Assembly: GCA_951406725.2 (NCBI GenBank)
Contig: OX597814.1
Span: 90,892,001 to 90,956,000, forward strand
DNA length: 64,000 bases
Direction: 5' to 3'
Origin: Octopus vulgaris
Lineage: Eukaryota
The position numbers and the translations under genes were made by a program. The notes under the pieces are model-generated. The model was not told the origin of the DNA. It ran no database searches and saw nothing but the letters and a program-made list of their open reading frames with translations. Below are positions 1-13,203 of this stretch, piece by piece. Each line of letters starts with the position of its first letter. Positions within the stretch are counted from its first letter, which is position 1.

Positions 1-401
1 AGTAAGTACATAATAGTTGATCCTGAATACAAATATTTACAAGCAGTTTTTATTGTTTGGGCTGAGGTTTAGGCGATACGTATATCTCAAAACTGATTTC
101 GACAAGACGAAATTTTCTGATACTAGTAATTTCGCTGAGATCAAAAGACAATCACAAGAAGAGATATAAGTTAAAAGTACGAAATAGAGTGGCGGACAGT
201 CATAGGGAAGGAATATATATGCTATGTGTTCTATAAATCTAGTAGTTAGTGTTGTAATGGACTGAGCATAAATAAATAAAATGGAACCAAATAGAAAAGA
301 ATTTGGAATATAATACAACCCTCATCCACTAGAAGTCTGGAGGTGGAACACAAAAACAGGAAGGAAAGAAGTCACAAAATTTTAACATTAAGGTCAACAT
401 A

Positions 402-654
402 TTGGGATGGTGCATAACTATTGCGGATTTCTTTTTTGAACGAATTTTATTCAACAAAAACAATAACGACACGTAACAAAAACATATTTAAATGATTATT
501 CCGGAGCATAATCACCATCTACTTCAATTACTGCTTCCCATTTGGTTGGCCGACAGTCAGACTGTCATTTAAAGATGGTCTTGTTAAATATTGTCATTGT
601 TTTTGTTGAATAAAATTTGTTGAAAAAAGCCGCAATAATTATGCAGCAACCCAA
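402..654 (-). mobile_element. Internally deleted mariner element (MITE-like) with ~65 bp TIRs and TA target duplication
   Basis: Left TA|TTGGGATGGTGCATAACTATTGCGGATTTT matches the reverse complement of the right end (TA|TTGGGTTGCTGCATAATTATTGCGGCTTTT), and the match continues through AATTTTATTCAACAAAAACAAT. The minus strand encodes PTKWEAVIEVDGDYAPE*, resembling a mariner transposase C-terminus. Confidence 0.9.
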
Positions 655-685
655 TATATTGTGAGTGTGCGTATGTGCGTTTGTG

Positions 686-950
686 TAGTTGCGGGGCTTA
701 GTAGATAGGGCATTGCATTCGCGATTGCTAGATCGTGGGTTTGATTCCCGAACCGGACGGCACCTACATTTCAAACGTTGCTTTCCGATCACTTCGGCAT
801 CTCAAGTGTGGCACAAGTGCCCCTGTTCAAAACATGTTGATGTGATAGAGGGGGAGAAAAGTTGTGTGTACGTGTTTGACGCCGGCAGGGCTTGGGATCT
901 ACCATTGGTTTGATTACGTCCCAGTAACTTAGAGGTTTAGCAAAAGAGAT
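686..950 (+). mobile_element. tRNA-derived SINE, diverged
   Basis: A-box-like GGCTTAGTAG and B-box-like GGTTTGATTCCC. The 3' part TACGTCCCAGTAACTTAGAGGTTTAGCAAAAGAG resembles the tail of SINE family B (39455-39881, 58050-58368). Confidence 0.65.
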
Positions 951-964
951 TGAAATGCGTCTGA

Positions 965-1216
965 ATTGCAAAGTCGACTCGGCAGAGTTTGCGCTCAAAA
1001 CGTAGCGATAAACGAAAAGTCGGTAAACAACTGGCGTACTAATGATTTTGACAGTTTACCGCTTTATTGTAAATGCAGTACTGGTTTCAAATTTTGGTTC
1101 AAGGCCAGAAATTTGGGGTAAGAAGATAAGTCGATTATATTGAGTCCCGGATTCAACTGGTACTTACTTTATCGACACCGAAAATGTGACAGACAAAGTT
1201 GACCTCGGCGGAATTG
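965..1216 (-). mobile_element. SINE family A, two partial monomers
   Basis: CAACTGGTACTTACTTTATCGACACCGAAAATG..CAAAGTTGACCTCGGCGGAATT is the reverse complement of the family core seen at 37080-37150. Confidence 0.8.
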
Positions 1217-2047
1217 TAAATGGAATATTAAATTAATAATTTGAAAAAAAAGTGATTAACAATCTGAATATAACAATATTTATTTTTTATACAACTTCCA
1301 TGAATTGCTGTAAAATGTCTATAAGTACATACTATATTGCTATACTTTGTGGGCTTTTAGGCCATTTTGAATCAAACAAAATAATGAGAAAATGCTTTCT
1401 AGAAGAAAAATAATGTTTGCAGTGTTGTGTCGTAATATCTCCAGGACGACCAATTTAGCTATATTCTGATATGAAACGGAACTGGCTGGTGAGACAAGCA
1501 GTTTAAATGGCATAGAGAAGCTTACATAATTCTTGCTATTGTTAATTTGGTTTTCTGCTTTTGTTAGTGTTTTACGTGTATAATGTCTCCTGTGTTATAT
1601 GGGTATTTGCTGTCTAATTTTTATGTTGCGTGAGTAACTGTAAATGTGTTTCACAAGAAATTACGGTATTCATGATCTAGACAGTCTGATGTTATAAAAC
1701 TATCGGTAAACTCATAAATTGCAGATGTGCTGATAACTTGATATTGTATGATTCGTATATGAAAATTTGGTCTGAACTAATTCTAAAATTCAGCCCGGCA
1801 AAATAAAGTATTCAATTAAAGAGCTCGGTAGAATTTATTTTCGTAGTTTATTGGTATAGATTTGAAAGATTGATGAAAGATAGAGATTAATAACTGCGAA
1901 ATTTTCATAGAAATGTATACAGTTGTAGCGTAGATCATGAATTTCTTTCCAGCGCATAATCTTAATCACCCTCTCAGCTCTCTTTCCCTCTGCACTATTA
2001 CTACAATGGAATTGTAATATATGATAGAAGCATGGAGGTACATAACC

Positions 2048-2089
<42 letters not shown>

Positions 2090-2206
2090 CATATGTATAT
2101 AGGTATGTATGTACACAAAAACAAACAGACGCACAGTCACACACATATATATGTGTATATATATATACTCATGTATATTTTGTATATATAAACTAATATA
2201 AACATG

Positions 2207-2239
<33 letters not shown>

Positions 2240-2619
2240 AAAGAAGGGCGTTTGTCTATGCGCAGGATGTATGTGTGTTTATATATGAAAGGGAATCATA
2301 CTTATCATTCTACTGAGTTTGTTGGGGATATATCTGATGAATTACTTAATTTTTAGCCAATAAAATCTCTCCCCAGCAAATATTCTACATTTCTATACCT
2401 TTTGATTACTTATTTTTCTAGTAGTATGTGGACATGTTACATATATACTAAAGCTCATCGGAATATAAGAGTATCATAACAGAAAACTGCAACCCCATTG
2501 CCAAATGATAGAAACTTCGACTCATTGAGCGATGGTCTCACATTATCATCGTATTTCATCTCCTCTGTCTGGCCACTCAGGCTTTCATATATGTATGTAT
2601 GTATTTATACATACATACA

Positions 2620-2672
<53 letters not shown>

Positions 2673-2908
2673 AAGACAAATGAAGTTCAGCTGGCGTATG
2701 TAGAGTGAAAGCCTTGAGACTGGAACATAGAGGATCATAAGAGAGGAAAGTCATGAGACAGGAATATAAGAGATGCGTCGCGGCCCACAGCCGAGCCAAG
2801 ATAGAAAGATCATGCTTGGCTAAACACCGGTCATGTGGAAGGAAAGGACAGATGTATGGGGCAGAGAATTAAGGAATTAGGGGAATATATATACGTGTAT
2901 ATATATAT

Positions 2909-3440
2909 AACGGGAAACTTTATGAAAATAAACAAAAGACGAAGGCAGGTGGAGTACAAACAAACAATTGTATTAGTATGGCGCTCAGGAATATAAATAA
3001 AACAAGTCTTTTACGTTTCGAGCCTACGCTCTTCAACAGAAAGATACACAGTAAAGAAACACGGAGAGAAACAAGGAGAGAAAAAAATGCGTGCAGAAGC
3101 TAGCGATTCAACATGGCGATCTGATTCCGGCCAGAAATCAGAAATCAGACGTGAGACGCAAGAGCGAAAGTAGGGGAGATAACAGGGTCAAATGACTTCA
3201 CTCCAACATAAGGGTGCGTGTGTGTATGAGAGAGTATGTAGTGCGTATGAAAGGTCTGGACGTGTGTATGTATGATGTGATGTGTAATGTCTTATGGTGT
3301 AGTGTAGAGAGAGGAGATGAGGGGGGGGGGAGGAGGAGGGAGGAGATATGAGGGAGGGAGAGGAGGGAGAAGGAAAGAGGAGAAAACGAGGGAGGAGGGA
3401 GGGGAAGGGGGAGAGGGGGAGAGGGGAGAGATAAAGACAC
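2909..3440 (-). mobile_element. Penelope-like terminal repeat (pLTR) with adjacent low-complexity segment
   Basis: 2930-3070 is homologous to 15530-15697, 53200-53365 and 62640-62800. It contains a minimal hammerhead-like motif and is bounded by TA/CA tracts. Confidence 0.7.
3007..3044 (-). ncRNA. Minimal type I hammerhead-like motif, variant core CUGUUGA
   Basis: Minus strand: TCTTT-CTGTTGA-A-GAGC-GTAG-GCTC-GAA-ACGT-A-AAAGA (stem I 5 bp, stem II 4 bp, palindromic ACGU, GUA site). Confidence 0.65.
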
Positions 3441-3458
3441 ACACACACACACACACAC

Positions 3459-3514
<56 letters not shown>

Positions 3515-3517
<3 letters not shown>

Positions 3518-3993
3518 TGGTAAAATAGAAAGATGAATAATCTTGTTGCAGATTAATCAAAAGTTTAACCGATACCTTGGTAGCAAAAATCACACAGAAG
3601 AAAGCACTGTTGGAGATAAAACCATTTGGTGTTGCAACCGTGCGTTGGTGCGGATAATTGAATTTTAATATTATTAGTGAATTGAAGAAATGGAGTTGAA
3701 CGAAGATTGAACAGAATTCCTTTTATTGCATTCTACACATGTTTCAAAAGCCACAATTTTCAAAATTCTGATTAAATAAGGATACCATATTGTGGCTTTT
3801 CTTCAGGAAAAAAATAGGAATTCCGTTGTTAGAACAAAACAGAACAGAGGCGCAGCAAAGCAATTTGAACGAGGAGGCTCTTTAAGAGCCCATGGCTGAA
3901 CTGATTATCAATGTACGTTGAAATCGTACCCACCACCCGATTGGAAAATTGTGGCTTTTGAAACATGTGAATAATAAAAGAATTTGTTCAATC

Positions 3994-3997
<4 letters not shown>
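3515..3997 (-). mobile_element. PLE terminal repeat with an inverted partial copy, inserted in (TA)n
   Basis: 3520-3810 (-) resembles 47870-48160 (+). 3942-3997 is an inverted copy of ~3705-3765 (GAAAATTGTGGCTTTTGAAACATGTG). Long (TA)n tracts lie on both sides. Confidence 0.75.
3731..3809 (-). ncRNA. Type I hammerhead ribozyme motif
   Basis: Minus strand: TTC-CTGAAGA-AAAGCCACAAT-(~31 nt loop)-ATTGTGGCTTT-T-GAAA-CATGTG-TA-GAA, giving an 11 bp stem II and a GUA site. Confidence 0.75.
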
Positions 3998-4080
<83 letters not shown>

Positions 4081-4129
4081 CAATGCATAATATATACATA
4101 TATATATTTCTATGTATATATGAGAGGGA

Positions 4130-5326
4130 TCCAAGGCATTTGACACAGTGGACCACAAAATCCTACTGAAAGAATTGTCCAACATTGGAGCCCGTGGAAT
4201 GTTGCTGCAGTGGATAAAGTGTTTCCTCACGAACAGAACCAAACATACTATTTTTGAGGGAATACGATCCAGCTCAGCGATAGTTAGTATAGGTATCCCA
4301 TAAGGTACTGTGTTGGGCCCATTCCACTTCATTATTTACCTCAACGATATAGTAGATGTCATCAAACATTCTACATTGAAAATCTTCGCAGATGATTTCA
4401 AAATCCAGAGACCCATAAACGGTATGAGCGACCGAACATGCTTTCAGTGAGATCTGTTTGCTATTGTCCAATGGGCAGAAAAAAAAACAATATGCTTTTA
4501 AATGAAGATAAGTTTGATTTGATCCACTTTGTGAAGGAGGAAATTCTTATATTACCATATGCTCTTCCCTCGGGTGACTCCCTAGTGTCATCCAACAATA
4601 CCAGATATCTTTGAGTGATTGTTAATAACAATATAAGCTGGGATTCCCACGTAAACAGCATGATTGAATTAGCAAGCATGATGTGCTCCTAGATTCTGAG
4701 AACATTCCGGTCTAGAGATGCCTACACCATCATCCTTCTCAACTCTACTTTTGCCCGACTCCACCTAGAGTACTGTTGCCCACAGTGGTCCTCCCATACG
4801 AAACAACTCATTATGAAAGTAGAAGCACTCCAATGGTCCATAACAAGAAAGATACCCGGCATGAGAGGCATTGATTATTGGGGTCGACTAAAAGAACTCA
4901 ACCTGTACTCTCTTCAACGCCGCCGGGAGCGCTACATCATTTGTGTTATTTGGAAAATATTCCATCAATATTGCACAAATGATGTTGACATCAATTTTAA
5001 AATCCATTCAAGACTCGGGCCCCGTGCTATCCGCCCAATACAAAAATCGAACTCGGTACACATAGCAACATCAACCGATCCAGCTCTCCTTAAAACCATG
5101 CCAAAATACGTCTAAACGGAAACGCATCCCATAAGCTTCAAATGTTTACTGGACAAATTTCTTCAAAAAATTCCCGCACCAACCTCCTACACCCGGATAT
5201 GTCTCCAGCAATAATAACTCTTTGTTAGAGTGGGTTATGGTGCCTCTTATATGACTAAATGACTTCAGCAGGTGGTGCTATTGAGTTAGACATGGGCTAG
5301 GCCTGTACTGCCCAAAACCTATCAAA

Positions 5327-5330
<4 letters not shown>
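4130..5330 (+). mobile_element. 5'-truncated CR1/L2-group LINE, reverse transcriptase pseudogene
   Basis: Translates to KAFDTVDHKILL...GIP*GTVLGPFHFIIYLND...KIFADD, then KVEALQWSITRKIPGMRGIDYWGRLKELNLYSLQRRRER, with stops and frameshifts. TA tracts flank both sides. Confidence 0.92.
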
Positions 5331-5411
<81 letters not shown>

Positions 5412-6584
5412 TGAGAGAAAGAAAGAGCGAGAGGGAGAGAGAGAAAAAGAGAGAGAAAGACATGTATATGTAACTGTGCATATTTCTGTATTTACACATT
5501 GAAACTACATTTACTTTGTGAAGTTCTGTTATATTTTTTATTTCCTAAACACTTCATACGTATATTTTAGCTAATAGAGATATATGGTATCTGGCGCAAA
5601 TATTATACATAAGCATAGAGGATGCTAGTAATTACATTATTCTGATTTGAAAATATCTGACAGAAATATATCAATACACATGTGTATGCGTACTATTACA
5701 TTTAACCACGCGCACTCACAAACATGCACACAAACAGACACACACATACATACACACATATATGCATATAAAAATTAATCACTTCCTCTCCTTCACTCAC
5801 CCCAACACTCATACACATACATCTATATATTGATAGATATATGTGTTTCTACTTATGTATGAACACAGAATATATCAAATGCCCTAATGCAGGGATATAA
5901 TCACTGTTATATATTTCAATATTCCATTTCTATATGATCGTTTTTGCCAACATTTGCATTTAATGTAATTATCAATCATTAAATTTTGGAGCTGTGTTAT
6001 TATATGTAGAAAGAGCCGGAAAGGCATATATTTTCCTATATTCTGATACTTAAATCTTATTTTCTTGCTCACAACTTCTTTTTACATACATTACGCGATA
6101 TGCATTTCTTTTGTTCCCATATACGTTACAGAATGTGTTGATACGTCTTGGAAAGTATGAAATGAGAAATTTTGCACTAACCCTTCTTGGAAAGGAATCC
6201 ATGTCGTATCACAAATTGTAGATTTAGACATTAAATTTTGGTTATAATTATTAGGAAATCACGAAGTATTGGTATCTAAAATAAAATGTATTCCTATACG
6301 AGTGTGAACATTCCTATTTTCTACCACTCCACTATATACAAGTCAATGTATCTACATCTACATTTTTGTATATGTATTCACGACTGTATGTACGACTATG
6401 TGAGCATTGATACATCATATATATATGTAAGGATGCATGCATACACACACACACATATGCATGTATATATATAAATATTTATACGTACCTACTCGCACAT
6501 ATGAATGTTTGCATGTATGTATTTATGTATGTATTTAGATATTCTATCTATATATATACATATATATATCATTGCCTCTCTTTG

Positions 6585-6615
<31 letters not shown>

Positions 6616-6616
6616 T

Positions 6617-6653
<37 letters not shown>

Positions 6654-9600
6654 AGTGTGCGCGCGTGTGTGTATCTCAGTGTATGTATAGTAAAAGGGTT
6701 TGACGTCACTGTAAAGAAATAAAATACAAAGGCTGAAACTAAAGATATGACAAATACAATAAGATTCGTAATGGTGTTACAGGTAGTAGTAAGAATATAC
6801 GAAATTCTTACTAATGGAATCTGTCATTAAGATCCCATTACTTTTATCATGTATCTTTTCTCTTATCAGAAATATATTCAAAACAGTAGAAAGAGAGTGT
6901 GAGAATGCGGTAGGATAGTGTCAGTTAGCCAAAAAATAGATTGATAGACAGTCATAGAAAAGATGACTGAATTAACGTGTATGTCATTCCAGTAGCATAT
7001 TGAAAACTAAATGTCGGGACAAGTGTTCGAATAGTCGACAGACATGAAAGTTCACTTGTCTAAAAATATTAGTTCTTATATGCTCTATTATGAGAAAGAA
7101 AGTTCTTTTGTTTTGAAATGATAATTTATTTCAAAATATGATAGACATTGGTTTTCTAACGTTATATGACGTCATTTAGCATGTAGTTGTTAGTTATTAT
7201 AAATATTATCGGGAAACAATTTCTGTGTCTGTATTTATATGCGGTAACTCTTATTATATATGACTAAATCTAATGCTTGTATTACTTAACGCCAGAGGCA
7301 AACTAATTCTCTGTCCCTCTTGTCGGTGAATATAACTGCAAAAACATATTGTCACAAGTACTAGTGAAGAAGTATTAAGGAAGTAGAAGTGCTAATAAAA
7401 TTCTTTCAGTGTTATCTAATGTAGAATTGCATTTCATCCACCGGGGCTTACCTGCATAATGATATTTACAACGTCTTAAACGTTGTCGCAATCAAGACAA
7501 TATTGATAATAAAGTAAACGGATTTTGCAATTCTTCATAAACGAGAAGTAACATATTGTGGTTTCAGTTGGATTCAACAAGCTTAGTTATTTTAAGTGAA
7601 ATTACCTTATATCCCATCTCTCCATCTCACTGGTTCTCATGAAGAAGATAACGTACAAGGGGTAAAATTGAGCTAGTTGAATAATGGAGTATATCGCTTC
7701 CAGATGAATTTTACCGTGTAGTTTTTCTAAACGAAATTTATTCATTATAATTTTGTCCCGCACCAGGGCTGATGATTTGTACTTATGTATAGCTGAACTG
7801 ACTAAATGCCTAGCAACATTTAGTTTTAATCTATTTATTCTCATATACTCTACAACTATTTTTATCTTACATTTAGCCGTTCAGTAGTGGATGAAATGTC
7901 TACGAGTTATGCACTCCATGAATTTATATTCGAACGGCTCATTATATTTAGCAGTCATTATATTTAGCACAGCAATAAATTCATATGAATTGGATGCACT
8001 CAATTTTCAATATTTTTTGGCTGCAATTTAAATGTTTTACATCTGAGGATATTTTAAAGTAATAATTTGAAAATTATACATTTAAGAAAGTATAAATCAT
8101 CATGTGTATCATATTATACCATTAGATAAGTGATATAAAAATATTCGCGTTCCACATTCGTTACCTAAGCAACAAGTGAATTCAGCACATAGAATGTATT
8201 ATTTGGAGAGAAATATTAGCGCTCTCAATAGAAAACTGAATGATTTGTTTCCTGATATGTTAATTCTCTAGCCAACGTTATTTGTGATATGATTAATTTA
8301 CACTTTTATATTAGTATTCCTTCAAAATATCATACTGCGTAAATAAACGATGAATAAAAAAATTAAGCCATTATTTTATTCAGTATTGTCATCTGATATT
8401 TAGCATGACATTTTAAATGTCTCTTATTTCTATCCTTACTTCTATATTATAATCAAAATTATTCTAAATTTGGTTGCTTTATAAAGAAAACTATTGATCA
8501 TGTGTAACGAATATTTTCATTAACATTTCTTTTCATATTTCATAATTTTATGCAATTTCATATCTCGATGTCTTAACATTAGACTTGATGGCTCTGACAA
8601 AGCAAAGTAAAAACATGTCACCTCACAAAATCAACAACAAAAAATAGTAAAGTATTATTTCATTTTGATAACTTCATGCGTGCAAAAAATACATAAATTA
8701 CATTCGCATATCAGTTTTATTGAAATGCTTAAGCTAGCTATGAGATGCTTGTCAATATTAAAATAAAATATCCTTTATACGCTTGAATATATTAAAATAA
8801 TGTGGTTGTAAAAAACAGAAAAATGCATACCTTTTTGTTCATTAGGAAAAAACTCTAAGAAGCTTACAATCTTTCACAGTTGTGATAGGCTGATGTTTAA
8901 TAACAAAATAGTGAAAGAAATTTATTTCCTAATGACAATTTTCCCCACCTACAAGATATAAAGAAACTGAATGAAGTGGAACCAAGAGAATGAAGTGGAT
9001 CCAATATAAAAATATGGAATTAGGCAATAATATCTAGATGTGATATGTGCACATTATTTAACTAACAATGCAATTTAACTGAAAATGCAATTTTAAAGAT
9101 ATAAAATTTGATGGTCTCCTTTTTAAAATTTACAGAGAACAAAAGAAAGGGTATCAATTGAATTAAGCGTATTCAAACAACTGAGGTGATTTCTACGTGA
9201 TGAGAACTAGCATCATGATTATCTTCATCAAGATAAATTTGTAACTCCGAGTTTTTCAAATTTTCGAACCTAGCGAATTAGTCTAAACAGTTATTGGATG
9301 TTAAGCGCTTGAAGGATTCATCTATTCTAATAGCTATTTAATGTGTTGTATTCAAATTTAACGTGTTTTATTCAAATTTAGGTTTGTTTTGTTTTGGTGG
9401 TGTTAATATTGTAATGATGCTGTTAAAATACAATCATTTTTTATGATTTAATGTTGTTAGGTGGGTAGGTGGTAGACTGAAGATACAATTGGTAAAACAA
9501 TAATCATTTATATTCTTTTCTATTGTGGATTATAATTCGCTGAATTCGACCTTATCTTTATGCCCCAGTTATATAATGATGTAAATTCAAATGACTACAT

Positions 9601-10015
9601 ATTTCCTCAAATTTTCTAGCCAGGCGTCTAAGTTAAAACACTTTATTTGGTGCTATATAATTTCTTTTGCAAATAGTTACGTGGTAACTGATATTAAAAA
9701 TAATAACTTAGCATATATGTTTCAGGTGAAATAATAATACAAAATTGTGGTTTCTGAATCGCTGTGCATATCGGTGTGTACATCTTAAAGCGAGAGGGAG
9801 TCTGATTTTTAGGAAGCATATGATAGAATATATAAAGTAGTTTTGTGAATATTTCCCTATATAATACGTCTATGCATAATGAAATTATCTATACATGCTA
9901 GATAGCTTCATAAACGCGTCACTAAAGATAATATCAACCACAGAACTCACTGATGATGTCAATCACATTATACCTCTCCTACTATACGAGCCTATACATA
10001 TTACTTAAGTAATAT

Positions 10016-10215
10016 CGGTTTAAAATGTTGGCACAAGACCAGAATTTAGGAGTTGGGTGAGTCAATAACACTAACCCCAGTGCTCACATGTTACTTATTT
10101 TACCGATCCCGAAAGGGATCAAAGGTAACTTCGACCTCGGTGGTATGTCAGATCATAACGTAAAAACGGACTAAATGCCGCTAAGTATCTTGCCCGGCAT
10201 AATAACGATTCTCGC
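10016..10215 (-). mobile_element. SINE family A copy
   Basis: TTACTTATTTTACCGATCCCGAAAGGGATCAAAGGTAACTTCGACCTCGG..AAATGCCGCTAAG matches the family. Confidence 0.8.
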
Positions 10216-11445
10216 CGTTTTAGATGCCTAAATAATATCGCCTGTACTAATAATATTTCTGTATCGCAAATCACTCATATCACTGATTGGAGAGAAATTA
10301 GGAAAAGGAAAAACTAAGATTACATATAATATCCCTATGACTTACACACAACTTAAATGTATTTGATTGGTTTTGTGTGACAAATGAATATTCCGAACGA
10401 AATCAAATTCAAAAACAAATAAATATTCACGTGAATGTGTGTTGAATTAAACGCTGTGTTATTGTTACGTGAGATGTATTAAGGAATTAAGGTTTTTATT
10501 TTATCGATTCATTTTTGTGCTAAAAGAAAACTATTTTTCAAAAATGTATCTAGCAGTAAGTCTGTGATCGCAGATTTCCATAATGGGATTTATAGTTAAA
10601 ATAATTATAATTTTTACTTTTAAGAACATATAATTATGCAAATTATCAATGGTATTTTCTCAATTATATCCATTTCAAAGCAAAATTAATTGGCATAAAT
10701 ATTCAAATATATGAAATTGAATCTTTGTACAATATTTAGTCTGAGAGCGTTAGCTGCTTACAAAACATCAGAGTGGTAGAACCTTTTTGCGCTCGCAAAA
10801 AACAGGGTACTAATGTCAGCTGATATTTAGTAAAGAGAGATGTTTATCATGCCTGGTGTCCAGCAGCCACCAGCAATAGCATTTATGGGTGACTTAACTG
10901 TGGGAACAATGTTCGTCCATGAGCAGCAGAATATCTTAATGAGTCTTGAGCAGTCGATGAGTTAGACTGTCACGGGTTTCGAAAAATATATGACCAAAAC
11001 AAAAATGTGTAATCGTTACACCCTTAAATACAAGACATCATAAAATTGAGTTAGTTTAAATACAGTCAAAATCCTATATGCTTCGTATAGACATTGTTTA
11101 TGAGAATATATTTTGCAGAATGGTATTATTCTTAATTAGAATATTAATTGAAAATTTAATTGAAGACAAATGTAAATATATTCCAGAAAAATGTCTATTG
11201 TATATAACTTTACAATGTGGTAAAAAATGGCAGTAAGAACAGTAGAACATACTTTAACTCATGCTATAACATGTAAGATATATAGGGTAATTAAAGTGAG
11301 CAAGAAATGGACCACATAAATATTTAAAATATTTAAAATACCTGATAGAAAATGCTATTTTAAAATAGCCGTTCCATACAATCACATAAATATTAGATAC
11401 ACACAAGCGTATATATATGTATATGTATATCTATGTATGTATGTA

Positions 11446-11496
<51 letters not shown>

Positions 11497-11623
11497 CAAC
11501 AATCAAGGAACGGCCATAATAGGCCATTCACCCACTAGAAATAACATCCAAAGCTTCAACCGCAAATAAAAGTTAACTTCTGTAAACCAGGAGAAAATTT
11601 AAAATAGACATTTTCCCTGTAAT

Positions 11624-11725
11624 TTCTTATACGATATACCGTTTCATTGCTGATTAATGGTAAACTAACCTGATTAAATTAAATCAAGCCAATCTTCCAC
11701 AGGCCCTCAGATTCTTCAGTAAGAA
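11624..11725 (-). ncRNA. Type I hammerhead ribozyme motif (left arm)
   Basis: Minus strand: TTCTTA-CTGAAGA-ATCTG...CAGCAAT-GAAA-CGGTATATCG-TA-TAAGAA, with a 6 bp stem I, near-palindromic stem III and a GUA site. Confidence 0.8.
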
Positions 11726-11910
11726 TAGCCCAAGCCCTATATTGATTAATTATGAATTTTCTGGTTAATTCCGTAATGGAATCGACGGCTTATATTTATT
11801 TGCTGCCGATAAATTTGGCGCGAGTGCGACGATTTGAAAATTTTAGGTCAGATATAAACTTGGCAAGGTCGGAAATGCCTCGTGAAAATATCTGTTCCGA
11901 CTTGGGCTAT

Positions 11911-12024
11911 TTCTTACTGAAGAATCTGAGGGCCTGTGGAAGAATTGAACTTGATTTAATTTAATCAGGTTAACGATTTACCATTAATCAGCAGATGAAA
12001 CGGTTTTTTATATTTGTATAAGAA
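11911..12024 (+). ncRNA. Type I hammerhead ribozyme motif (right arm)
   Basis: TTCTTA-CTGAAGA-ATCTG-(~63 nt)-CAGAT-GAAA-C..G-TA-TAAGAA. Stems I and II pair perfectly. Confidence 0.8.
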
Positions 12025-12182
12025 ATTACAGGGCAAATGTTTTTTTTAATTTTCTCCTGGTTTACAGAATTAACTTTTTTTGATGAACGCTGAAATGTTC
12101 TTTATAAAATTAAAGCATTTTCTACCTTGACTGTTATTTATAGTGGGTAATGGCCTATTAATTTTTTTTATACCCTATATTG

Positions 12183-12237
<55 letters not shown>

Positions 12238-13136
12238 CTATCTATCTATCTATCTATATATATATATATATGTTATGGTAGATTATCTGGGTAACCATGG
12301 AAGCTATGAAAAAAATACAAAGCCCAGCATGCATCTCTGTGTGGCTGACTGTCTGTTTGCGTGTGTGTAGTGCGTAGGTGCAGGTGTGTCTAAGTGTTAC
12401 AGAGTTTCTTTTCGCAAAATCATTGTCCCGGAGCAAACCTATTCTGCAGTATCTTCAACACTGCGTATCTAGTACATTTCAAATCATCTGAATCCGTTTC
12501 GCTGTAAGTTCCAGACACATTTATATGATTGCTCGTTGTACGTACCGACAGATTTATTAATGTTTCACTTCATGTATAGTTATACTCAAAAACAGTCTGA
12601 CTTTCAGTGATATATTTCACACAACTTTCCGAAAATGGTCGAATTTAATGTACTTTATTTTCAGTTAATTTCTCATTTTGTTGAATGAAGGAACGACGAA
12701 GTTTCGTATTCATTCGCTTTTTTTTTTTTTTTTTTTCATTTTCCTGCTTAATACAAAATTAGACGCATAAAATGAAACAAACACACAGACACGCGTGTTG
12801 TTGGTGCTTACAATTATATTAAAGACTGTAAGCCATTATTAGGAACGGAAAATGACAGCAGGTTATCAGACAGGAAACGGGCCATGTAACTATCACTTGC
12901 CGGATGATCAAATTACCGATTACAGCAGAATGAATACTAGTCTTTTTTATTTTTATTTTATTTATTTACCACGTAAAGTCCATCAACCCAGTTTTCTACG
13001 TAATTTTGATTAGAAGACTCCATATGCACACATACTTACACTAACACATCTTGTGCTTGGTAAACAAAGAAGTGATTAATTAATGGTTCGGTGGACGTGT
13101 CAGAAAGGCATTTTTTTTTGTCGCAATCATCTTTTT

Positions 13137-13203
13137 GAGGCAGCCGTCTTCATGGGGCAGCCGTCTTCATGAGGCAGCTATTTTCTAGAGACAGTCATCT
13201 TCT
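13137..13203. repeat. 17 bp minisatellite, ~4 decaying copies
   Basis: GAGGCAGCCGTCTTCAT GGGGCAGCCGTCTTCAT GAGGCAGCTATTTTCTA GAGACAGTCATCTTCT. Confidence 0.85.

Larger units (their letters stand above)
11496..12185. mobile_element. Non-coding fold-back element (inverted ~220-260 bp arms, ~165 bp spacer) in (TA)n, probably PLE-derived
   Basis: 11517-11735 is the reverse complement of 11901-12161 (e.g. TTCCACAGGCCCTCAGATTCTTCAGTAAGAA / TTCTTACTGAAGAATCTGAGGGCCTGTGGAA). Each arm holds a hammerhead motif. Confidence 0.85.

Noticed and set aside
686-760. tRNA gene
   Set aside because: It has A/B boxes but no convincing cloverleaf, and it continues into a SINE-type body.
7602-7844. 80 aa minus-strand ORF ending at a donor-like AAG|GTAATT
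   Set aside because: No recognisable domain and no good acceptor; compatible with chance.
10848-10964. GC-richer 38-codon ORF (MPGVQQPPAIAF..)
   Set aside because: Too short, with no recognisable homology or splice support.
13137-13203. CRISPR-like repeats
   Set aside because: These are contiguous 17 bp units without spacers, in eukaryotic context with no cas genes.
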